This document shows, one piece after another, positions 29,164 through 37,030 of a DNA stretch of 64,000 bases. This stretch comes from Candidatus Pelagibacterales bacterium (GTDB lineage Bacteria > Pseudomonadota > Alphaproteobacteria > TMED109), in NCBI GenBank assembly GCA_002715265.1, contig PAYS01000017.1, positions 66,775-130,774 on the forward strand, read 5' to 3'. The position numbers were made by a program, and so were the translations under genes. Every line of letters starts with the position of its first letter. The first letter of the stretch is position 1. The notes beneath the pieces are model-generated. The model was not told where the DNA came from, did no database searches, and saw only the letters and a list, made by a program, of their open reading frames with translations.

Positions 29164-29742
29164 CTAAAGATATAGCCATATAGTGGCAACTACAATTATA
29201 ATTATCCCTAATATAGTTGAAAAAAGGTTAAAATATTTTTCTATATAATTTTTAGCAACAGGGCCGAGTAATCTTATTAGTCCTGCTACTATAAAAAATC
29301 TTAATCCGCGAGATAGTATGGATGCTATTAAAAAGGTAAATATATTTAATTTTAAGCCACCAGAAGCAATTGTTATTAGTTTATAAGGTATCGGAGTAAA
29401 GCCAGCTAAAAATACGATTATTGCTCCATTATCATTATAATTATTTTTAAAAAGGTTATAATTTTCTTCAAGGTGATATATTTTTATTATTTGTTCTCCA
29501 AAAGAATCCCATAAATACATTCCTATAAAATATCCTAATAGTCCGCCTAAAACAGAAAATATAGTCGTGATTAAAGCAAGTCTAATCCATTTTAGAGGTC
29601 TTGCTAATGTCATGGGTAAAAGTAATGCATCTGGCGGAATAGGAAATATTGAACTTTCAGAAAAAGAAACTAATGCAAGAAACCATTCAGATCGAGGTTT
29701 TGCTGATAGTTCTAAAATTTTGAAATAAAGTTTTTTTAACAT
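29164..29742 (-). CDS. YqaA / DedA-family membrane protein
   Basis: SFSESSIFPIPPD, SVLGGLLGY, FTPIPYK, SRGLRF. Confidence 0.9.
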   Translation of the reverse strand: MLKKLYFKILELSAKPRSEWFLALVSFSESSIFPIPPDALLLPMTLARPLKWIRLALITTIFSVLGGLLGYFIGMYLWDSFGEQIIKIYHLEENYNLFKNNYNDNGAIIVFLAGFTPIPYKLITIASGGLKLNIFTFLIASILSRGLRFFIVAGLIRLLGPVAKNYIEKYFNLFSTILGIIIIVVATIWLYL

Positions 29743-29807
29743 TTTATTTTAACCATTTATATTTGTATTTATATTTAAACACACTATATTACCTTTGGGG
29801 AAAATAT

Positions 29808-30701
29808 ATGTTTAAATTATATTTATTTTTATTTATTTTATGCTTTTGTAATTCAGCAACTGTTTTGCTCGCAGGGCCTTTCTCTGATTTTAAGGCAGGA
29901 GCCGAGTTATCTGAAGAATTAACTTCCAGTCCCACGGTTAACAGAAATATGCCTACTTCTGATAGTTTGGACCAAGCTATCAAAAATTTAGACCCGCAAA
30001 ATTCGGTTATGTGGGATGAACTAAGAGAAAATTTATTAGGTATAAATAGTAGAGTAAAATTTGTAGAAGACGTAAAAGTAATAATGCAGGATCATGTTGA
30101 AGAGCCACATGAAGTACCTTTAATAGTTAAAATTCCTAAAAGATTGCATGCCTTTACTAAATTTATATTAATTATTGAGAATAATCCTATACAACAGGTT
30201 ATAGAACTTAATCCATATAAAAAGATAGAAGCACTTGGTATGAATGTGCGTTTAGAGGATGATTCTCCAGTTAGGGCTGCAGTTTTAGATCAAGAAGGTG
30301 TTTGGCATGTTGGTTCAAAGATGGTTTTTGTTGCTAGTCCAGGGGGTTGTTCATCACCTTCATGCGACCCAACTGTAGAGATATGTGAACAGGGAGAAGT
30401 AGGAAAAATTGCTGTTAAGCAATATGGTCGTGAAGGAAAGGCAGAGAGAATAAAGTTGAAAATTACGCATCCTATGGAAACAGGATTTGTTGTTGGTGTT
30501 GATGGCGAAGTTATTCCTGAATATTATGTTAATAAAATACATGTAGATGATAATAATGGTCCAATAGCAGATATTGCTACATATGCAGCGTTATCATCTG
30601 ATCCAGTTATTTTGTTGGATTTGCCTGAAAAAGGTCAAAGCATTAGGGTGCATGTCAAAGATTCTCAGGGTTTAGAGTTTTTTTCACATAATACTATGTA
30701 A
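29808..30701 (+). CDS. Exported SoxY-SoxZ fusion carrier (quinoprotein dehydrogenase-associated SoxYZ-like)
   Basis: Signal peptide; SoxY-like half (ENNPIQ, VRL...SPVRA, GGC); SoxZ-like half (HPMETG, IPEYYV, LSSDP). Start moved to ATG 29808. Confidence 0.85.
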   Translation: MFKLYLFLFILCFCNSATVLLAGPFSDFKAGAELSEELTSSPTVNRNMPTSDSLDQAIKNLDPQNSVMWDELRENLLGINSRVKFVEDVKVIMQDHVEEPHEVPLIVKIPKRLHAFTKFILIIENNPIQQVIELNPYKKIEALGMNVRLEDDSPVRAAVLDQEGVWHVGSKMVFVASPGGCSSPSCDPTVEICEQGEVGKIAVKQYGREGKAERIKLKITHPMETGFVVGVDGEVIPEYYVNKIHVDDNNGPIADIATYAALSSDPVILLDLPEKGQSIRVHVKDSQGLEFFSHNTM

Positions 30702-31631
30702 ATGAATTACATAATCATAGTAATTGCTCTTATAGTATTTTTTATAGAAAATACATTTGCAGAAAATTTCAAGTATAATTTAAAATATGTAGAATTAGCG
30801 GATGGTATATTCGTGATAGAAGGAGATAATACTAGATTGAATTCTATTAATGGCGGTGCTATTAGTAATACCAGCTTTATAATTGGCAGTAAGGGTATTT
30901 TGGTAATAGATGCAGGTCCGAGTGCACTTTATGCAGAACAAGTTATAAGTATTATAAGATCTATATCTTCAATTCCTATTAAATATTTAGTTATAACACA
31001 TCATCATCCAGATCATTCATTTGGTGTTTCTAGTTACCAAGAATTAGGTGTGGAAATAATTATGAGCTCTAGTGAAATACATAGATACGAAAAATATGGA
31101 AAAAGATTATTAAGACAAATGAAAAATTTAATAGGTGAAGAATGGTTTCTTAATACTAAAATAGTTGATATTGAAAATAATAAGGTATTTCCTCTGAAAA
31201 TAAACTTGGGCAATCATCAAATCGGTATAAGAGAATATAAAAATGGTCATTCAGAAGGAGATCTCGTTGTAGTGGATATTGACGAGGAGGTTGTTTTTTC
31301 AGGTGATTTGATTTTTAATAAAAGAGCTCCAACTATTCCACACGCAAATATAGATAATTGGTCTAAATATATAGATATATTACATAATAATAAATGGAAA
31401 ATATTGGTTCCAGGTCATGGTCCTATAATTAGAGATAAAGAGGAGTTATATATGACTAAAAATTGGATAAATTATATTTCTAAAATAGCAAAAGAGGCAG
31501 TTGAGAAAGGATTAAGTCCGGCTGAGGTCTTTGATAAAGGGATCTCAGATCAATATAAAAGTTACCATCTTGCTCAAGAGGTTTGGAATAGAGATTTGCC
31601 CTTATTAATGAAAAAATATGAATATCAATGA
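30702..31631 (+). CDS. Exported MBL-fold zinc metallohydrolase (SoxH-like, quinoprotein relay system type)
   Basis: Signal peptide, NGGAISN, IDAGPS, THHHPDH, GHS, GDL, PGHG; abuts the SoxYZ fusion gene. Confidence 0.85.
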   Translation: MNYIIIVIALIVFFIENTFAENFKYNLKYVELADGIFVIEGDNTRLNSINGGAISNTSFIIGSKGILVIDAGPSALYAEQVISIIRSISSIPIKYLVITHHHPDHSFGVSSYQELGVEIIMSSSEIHRYEKYGKRLLRQMKNLIGEEWFLNTKIVDIENNKVFPLKINLGNHQIGIREYKNGHSEGDLVVVDIDEEVVFSGDLIFNKRAPTIPHANIDNWSKYIDILHNNKWKILVPGHGPIIRDKEELYMTKNWINYISKIAKEAVEKGLSPAEVFDKGISDQYKSYHLAQEVWNRDLPLLMKKYEYQ

Positions 31632-31682
31632 TTTTGTTTGCTGAATTTTAAATTCTATACTAATGATATAATAAAATACATT

Positions 31683-31769
31683 GCCACTGTGGCGGAATTG
31701 GTAGACGCGATGGATTCAAAATCCATTTGAGGCAACTCAGTGTCGGTTCGAGTCCGACCAGTGGTACCA
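31683..31769 (+). tRNA. tRNA-Leu(CAA)
   Basis: GCCACTG/CAGTGGT acceptor stem, GGCGGAATTGGTAGACGC D-arm, ATGGA-TTCAAAA-TCCAT anticodon arm, long variable arm, GGTTCGAGTCC T-arm, encoded CCA. Confidence 0.97.
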
Positions 31770-31852
31770 TGTAATAATTATGGGTCTTGATTTTTGGCAA
31801 TATAAGTGTACTTTCCTAGGGAATTTTTTTATATAAAATAAGGTTATTAAAA

Positions 31853-32257
31853 ATGAATGTCGGAACTAGTATTTATAAAAAAAAAGATAGCCACCTTGTA
31901 TATGTTGATGGAAAAATTTATGCAGGAATGCATTATTTGGTTGATATGTGGGGTATATGTAATGAAGAAAGTACTAATAAAATTAATGACTTATTGTTAA
32001 GAGCAGCAAGAGCTGCTAAGGCAACGGTTTTGTATCAACATGCTTATCACTTTGGAGAAGGATTAGGTATATCTGCTATAGCATTATTAGCTGAATCTCA
32101 TATAAGTGTCCATACATGGCCAGAGAAAAGTTATGCTGCTTTTGATATATTTATGTGTGGAAAAACAGATCCAAATTTATCATTAAATTTATTGAAAAAT
32201 GAATTGAAGCCAAAAAAAATTGAGGTAAAAAAAATTAAACGAGGTTTAATGAATTAA
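31853..32257 (+). CDS. speD: S-adenosylmethionine decarboxylase proenzyme (short class 1B)
   Basis: LAESHISVHTWPE self-cleavage motif and DIFMCG. Confidence 0.95.
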   Translation: MNVGTSIYKKKDSHLVYVDGKIYAGMHYLVDMWGICNEESTNKINDLLLRAARAAKATVLYQHAYHFGEGLGISAIALLAESHISVHTWPEKSYAAFDIFMCGKTDPNLSLNLLKNELKPKKIEVKKIKRGLMN

Positions 32258-32260
32258 AAG

Positions 32261-33406
32261 ATGTCTAATTCCAAATTATCAAAGTTTTTAGATGAAAATA
32301 ACTTATCTACGCCTTGTTTAGTTATGGATTTATCTGTAATAGATAAGTCTTATAAACAAATGACAAATCTTTTTCCAAAAACTAAAATATATTATGCAGT
32401 TAAGGCTAATTCTGCACCAAAAATTATAGATTGTTTAAAGAATAATGGATCATATTTTGATGTTTCTAGCAAAAAGGAAATTCAAATATGTTTAAAACAA
32501 TCTGTAGATCCCCATAATATGTCTTTTGGAAATACTGTTAAAAAACAAAAAGATATTATATGGGCTTATAAAAACGGAATAAGATTATTTGCTTTTGATT
32601 CTGAAGAAGAATTAAAAAAATTATATAAAAATGCACCTAGATCTAGAGTTTTTTGTAGATTGCAAGTAGATAATCATGGGGCTAATTGGCCTTTATCAAA
32701 AAAATTTGGATGTTCTCCTGATATGGCGAAGGATTTAATGCTCGAAGCAAAAAATAAAGGATTAAAACCTGCAGGGTTATCATTTCATGTTGGCTCTCAG
32801 CAAATTAATATAGAAAGGTGGATAGATGCCTTAAAAACTTGTCATAAAGTATATTTATATTTAAGAAAACATAACGTCAAATTAGAGTTTTTGAATATAG
32901 GGGGAGGCTTTCCTGTAAGCTATAAGGATTATAATAGTGATTTAAGTATTTTTGCTAAAAAGTTATATACGGAAATAAAAAATATTTTTGGTGAAGATCA
33001 CCCCTCAATAATTATGGAACCTGGTAGGTATTTAGTAGCTGAGGCTGGAATAATTGAAACAGAGGTAATTTTAGTATCAAAAAAAAATAAAAATGATGAA
33101 ATTAGATGGGTATATATTGATATAGGCAGATTTAGTGGTTTAGCTGAGACAGAAAATGAAGCAATAAAATATAAAATTATTCCTTCTAAAAATGATGAAA
33201 GAAGTAAAACTGGTCCAGTTATAATAGCAGGTCCATCCTGTGATGGTGCTGATATTATATATGAAAAAAATAACTATAAACTTCCGCTTTCATTAAAAAC
33301 GGGAGACAAATTAAGAATTCTTGGAGTTGGTGCTTATACTTCTGTTTACGTATCTAATTTTAATGCTTTGAAAACATTGAAAGAGTATTACTTAGATATC
33401 ACTTAA
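32261..33406 (+). CDS. Ornithine (or lysine/ornithine) decarboxylase, alanine-racemase fold
   Basis: YAVKAN, WPLSKKFGC, SFHVGSQ, GGGFP, EPGR, GPSCDGAD, GAYT. Confidence 0.9.
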   Translation: MSNSKLSKFLDENNLSTPCLVMDLSVIDKSYKQMTNLFPKTKIYYAVKANSAPKIIDCLKNNGSYFDVSSKKEIQICLKQSVDPHNMSFGNTVKKQKDIIWAYKNGIRLFAFDSEEELKKLYKNAPRSRVFCRLQVDNHGANWPLSKKFGCSPDMAKDLMLEAKNKGLKPAGLSFHVGSQQINIERWIDALKTCHKVYLYLRKHNVKLEFLNIGGGFPVSYKDYNSDLSIFAKKLYTEIKNIFGEDHPSIIMEPGRYLVAEAGIIETEVILVSKKNKNDEIRWVYIDIGRFSGLAETENEAIKYKIIPSKNDERSKTGPVIIAGPSCDGADIIYEKNNYKLPLSLKTGDKLRILGVGAYTSVYVSNFNALKTLKEYYLDIT

Positions 33407-34244
33407 TTATCTTAAATATCCACTCTGGTAAATTGAATGAACTATAATGTATATGTTCATTATAGTATTTAGTCTTAATATTATTATCCTGGATCAAATT
33501 ATCACGAATTTTCTTATTTTTAATATCAGTTTTGTTTGATGCCCAAGTTAATGCCATATATCCGCCCGTATAAGTTGGTATTACAGTTAAATAAACTCCT
33601 GAATGTTTAAATATACTTTTTAACTTAATCATTGTTTCTTTGAGCTCTTTTTTTTGAAAGAAAGGAACGCCAGTTTGAAAAACTGCAATACCTTTTTCTT
33701 TCATTATTTGTTTTATATTTTCATAGAATATTTTTCTGAATAATTGTTTTCCAGGTCCTATGGGGTCAGGCCTGTCAACTATGATAAGGTCAAAATAGTT
33801 TTTAAAATTTTTATTGCTAACAAATTCAAAAGCATTTTTAATTAAAATTTTGACCTTTTTATTGTTCAATGAGCCATAGTTGATGTTACGTAAATACTTT
33901 TTGCTTAAATTTATAACTTCTTCATCGATTTCGCATAATGTAATTTCATCTATTTCAGAGTATTTAAGACATTCGTGAGCTATAGCTCCGTCACCCCCTC
34001 CAATGATAAGAACCTTTTTTATTTGATTATGAGATAAAGTGGGGACGTGTGTTAACATTTCCGAATATGGATGATGGTCTTTTTCAGTAATTTGAATAAC
34101 ACCATCTAGAGTTAAAATTTTTCCAAATAGCTTTGATTGAAATATCATAATTTCCTGATATTTACTTATTTTTTTAGCAAATATTCTTTCAATATGTATT
34201 TGTTGTTTGTAGTTAGTATAAAGTTTTTCTGTAAAAGTTTTCAT
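33399..34244 (-). CDS. speE: Polyamine aminopropyltransferase (spermidine synthase)
   Basis: SKYQ, LDGVIQ.TEKD, YSEM..H, VLIIGGGDG, CEID, IIVD.PDP.GP. Start moved to ATG 34244. Confidence 0.93.
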   Translation of the reverse strand: MKTFTEKLYTNYKQQIHIERIFAKKISKYQEIMIFQSKLFGKILTLDGVIQITEKDHHPYSEMLTHVPTLSHNQIKKVLIIGGGDGAIAHECLKYSEIDEITLCEIDEEVINLSKKYLRNINYGSLNNKKVKILIKNAFEFVSNKNFKNYFDLIIVDRPDPIGPGKQLFRKIFYENIKQIMKEKGIAVFQTGVPFFQKKELKETMIKLKSIFKHSGVYLTVIPTYTGGYMALTWASNKTDIKNKKIRDNLIQDNNIKTKYYNEHIHYSSFNLPEWIFKIIK

Positions 34245-34252
34245 GTAGTAGA

Positions 34253-35011
34253 TTATTTTCTGGTTATCCACTGTTTTCCCATTTTCCATGTAAACATGGG
34301 TCTATTATCCAACATTTTATTTATTTTGGATATATCTCCATTAAATGAAATGAGTTCTTCAATCATGAATTCAGTAACATCAGCCATAGGAAGTTTTAAG
34401 GCTTTTTTTAGAGGTATCCAATCTATTTCTACAAGCTCTTTAGTAGTTCTGATTTTTCCCTTCAGATATTTTGCATCAGATAGAAAAAACCTTGCATGAA
34501 AACGAATAGGACTGAATGTTGGTGTTATTGCTCTTCCGAGATAACTTAATTTTGTGAGATCAGGTACTAAATTATTATTTTGCATTGTTTTTATACCGTT
34601 ATCATGTTCCATATTATTTTTGTAAATAATATTTTTACGGTATTGTCCTAAAAATAAACCAGTTTCTTCTGCTGTTTCTCTAACAGCTGCTAAAGCTAAT
34701 GCATTTGCAGTATTGATGTTATTGGATACAGCTAATCTAGAAACAATTTTTTGTTTAAGTTGAGTATATTTGTGAGTTTTAAAATCATTTTTATCTAATA
34801 CGCCACCAGGAAACACCCAAGCCCCAGGCATAAAACGAGTTTTATCAGATCTTTTACCTAATAATACTTTAGTACTTTTTGCTGTATTTTTAAGTAAAAC
34901 TAAACTTGCTGCATTTCTTGGCTTAACAATTGGATTATTTTTTTTATTTTTAGGTGTAAATTTTAACTCTTTTTTTTCCATGCTTCTGGCTATATATTGT
35001 TTTTCTGTCAT
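34253..35011 (-). CDS. NUDIX hydrolase (NUDT19-like subfamily)
   Basis: PRNAASLV, FMPGAWVFPGG, AAVRETAEETGL Nudix box, ITP...RFHARFF. Confidence 0.88.
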   Translation of the reverse strand: MTEKQYIARSMEKKELKFTPKNKKNNPIVKPRNAASLVLLKNTAKSTKVLLGKRSDKTRFMPGAWVFPGGVLDKNDFKTHKYTQLKQKIVSRLAVSNNINTANALALAAVRETAEETGLFLGQYRKNIIYKNNMEHDNGIKTMQNNNLVPDLTKLSYLGRAITPTFSPIRFHARFFLSDAKYLKGKIRTTKELVEIDWIPLKKALKLPMADVTEFMIEELISFNGDISKINKMLDNRPMFTWKMGKQWITRK

Positions 35012-35113
35012 TATTTTATATTTTCATTCTGATTAGGTTATAGTTTACTATATTTTATATATATATATATTCCAAAGGTAAGGTTACGTAAATAATATTT
35101 AAGGATAAGTTGT

Positions 35114-36022
35114 TTGATAGATAAAACAAAGGATATTTCAATTCAAAATTTGCTTTCTAAAGATTTGGATTTTGACTATGCTGTTTCTAAAGAGGTATTG
35201 CCAGGTATACGAAGAATAGTAGCTCCAAATCCTAGTCCATATACATTGCATGGTACAGGAACATATATAGTAGGGAAAAAAAATGTTGCTATTATAGACC
35301 CTGGTCCAAATATTACTTCACATATTGATGCAATATTAGCGGCAACAGAAAAAGAAAAAATAACTCATATTATTGTTACGCATACTCATGCAGACCATTC
35401 TCCAGCATCTATGCCATTATCAAAAGAGACAGGTGCTATAATAATGGGTTATGGACCGCATGGATCTGCAGTTGGTGAGGAAGGAGCAGATTTAAATTTT
35501 ATTCCGGATCATTTTTTAAAGGACAAAGAGGTTATTAAAGGAGAAAATTGGTCTTTGGAGTGTATTCATACGCCAGGGCATACCTCTAATCATATTTGTT
35601 ATAGCGTTTTAGGAGCAGATGCTATATTAACAGGTGATCATATTATGGGTTGGTCAACTACTTTAGTTTCTCCGCCAGATGGGAATATGAAAGATTATTT
35701 TATAAGTTTAGAGAAGATGTTAGCAAGGGAAGAAAAATATTATATTCCTTCTCATGGAAACCTTATTGATAAGCCTAAAAGATTTGTAAGGGCTTTAATA
35801 AGTCATAGGAGGATGCGTGAAAAACAAATATCAAAATTTTTAAATCATAAAACCCCCACTCACATACCTGATTTAGTAAAAAAAATGTATCCACAATTAG
35901 ACTCTAGACTTATTAAAGCTGCTGGTTGGTCTGTATTAGCACATCTGTTACATATGGAAGAAATGAAACTTATTAAATCTATTGAAAATGATGCAAATAA
36001 AGGTTGGCTTCTATTAAAGTAA
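35114..36022 (+). CDS. MBL-fold metallohydrolase, LACTB2-like with C-terminal winged helix
   Basis: APNPSPYT..GT.TY, IDPGP, THTHADH, TPGHTSNH, GDHIMG, PSHG, SVLAHL. Confidence 0.88.
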   Translation: MIDKTKDISIQNLLSKDLDFDYAVSKEVLPGIRRIVAPNPSPYTLHGTGTYIVGKKNVAIIDPGPNITSHIDAILAATEKEKITHIIVTHTHADHSPASMPLSKETGAIIMGYGPHGSAVGEEGADLNFIPDHFLKDKEVIKGENWSLECIHTPGHTSNHICYSVLGADAILTGDHIMGWSTTLVSPPDGNMKDYFISLEKMLAREEKYYIPSHGNLIDKPKRFVRALISHRRMREKQISKFLNHKTPTHIPDLVKKMYPQLDSRLIKAAGWSVLAHLLHMEEMKLIKSIENDANKGWLLLK

Positions 36023-36062
36023 ATTAGTTTTTAATATATGAAGATATAATAAGAGTTTAAAT

Positions 36063-36998
36063 ATGGTTAAAGTATACAGAGATTTTCAATATGCAAAAAA
36101 ATTCATAAATAAATCTACGGTAGCTATAGGTAATTTCGATGGAGTGCATCTTGGGCACTTGAGCCTTTTAAAAAAGGCTAAAAAACTTGCTTCTAATTCT
36201 AATACAAGTTTTACAATTTTAACTTTTGCACCGCATCCATTAAAAGTTTTAAGACCTGAATTTGAGCCTAAAAGTATTCTTCGTTTTAGGACAAAAATAG
36301 AAATGTTAGAAAGAGCAGGAGTAGAAATTGTTTTAGCTCAGAGGTTTACAAAAAGTTTTTCTAAAATTACTGCAGAAAAGTTTGTTTATGATGTGCTAAA
36401 AAATGGTTTAAAAGCTAAAAATGTAGTTGTTGGGGATGATTTTAAATTTGGATATAAAAGAGAAGGAGACGTTAGCTATTTAGTTTCAAAAGAGTTTTCT
36501 GAAATATTTAAGGTTCATATTATAAATGAAATTTCAGGGAAATATGGGAGGTATTCCTCAAGCTCTATAAGAGGTATGATATCATCTGGTGATATGTTAA
36601 AAGTAAAAGAGTCTTTGGGGTATTTTTATATTGTAGAAGGAAGAGTTGTTTCAGGAGAAAAATTAGGAAGAGAACTAGGTTTTCCTACCGCAAATATACA
36701 TTATAATAATAATGTAATTCCAGAAGATGGAATATATGCAGGATGGGTTTTGCATGAAAAAAAACAGTATATGGCTGCAATTTCTACAGGTATTAGGCCT
36801 CAATTTAAGGGGAAAAAAAGATTTTTAGAAGCTTATTTGATAAATTTTAATGGGAATTTATATGGAAAAAATATAAAAGTTTCATTAGTTAAAAAAATTA
36901 GAGATGAAAAAGTTTTTTCGGATATTGAAAAAATGAAATTAGAAATGAAACATGATTGTGATAAGGCATTAAATATATTAAATAAATATAAAATTTAA
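36063..36998 (+). CDS. ribF: Riboflavin kinase / FAD synthetase
   Basis: GNFDGVHLGH, GDDFKFG, SSSSIR, GRELGFPTAN. Confidence 0.96.
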   Translation: MVKVYRDFQYAKKFINKSTVAIGNFDGVHLGHLSLLKKAKKLASNSNTSFTILTFAPHPLKVLRPEFEPKSILRFRTKIEMLERAGVEIVLAQRFTKSFSKITAEKFVYDVLKNGLKAKNVVVGDDFKFGYKREGDVSYLVSKEFSEIFKVHIINEISGKYGRYSSSSIRGMISSGDMLKVKESLGYFYIVEGRVVSGEKLGRELGFPTANIHYNNNVIPEDGIYAGWVLHEKKQYMAAISTGIRPQFKGKKRFLEAYLINFNGNLYGKNIKVSLVKKIRDEKVFSDIEKMKLEMKHDCDKALNILNKYKI

Positions 36999-37030
36999 AA
37001 AAATATTATTGAAATATTTTGGGGATAGTT

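Noticed and set aside
29808..31631. Canonical Sox thiosulfate oxidation pathway
   Set aside because: No soxA, soxX, soxB or soxCD in the window, and the GGC motif is internal in a fusion rather than the C-terminal GGCGG arm.
31770..31852. SAM-II/SAM-V riboswitch or terminator upstream of speD
   Set aside because: No convincing P1 stem or pseudoknot; the TTCC-TAG-GGAA hairpin before the T-run is too weak. The region looks like a plain promoter.
31683..35011. Genomic island integrated at tRNA-Leu (or at tRNA-Gln for korAB)
   Set aside because: No integrase, no duplicated tRNA 3' end seen, and no obvious compositional shift.
35056..35070. (TA)7 dinucleotide run in the NUDIX/MBL divergent promoter as a phase-variation tract
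   Set aside because: Short, plausible by chance in very AT-rich intergenic DNA, and the flanking genes are not typical contingency loci.
30702..36022. Metallo-beta-lactamase resistance genes
   Set aside because: Both MBL-fold proteins have the motifs and context of non-lactamase subfamilies (SoxH-like and LACTB2-like).
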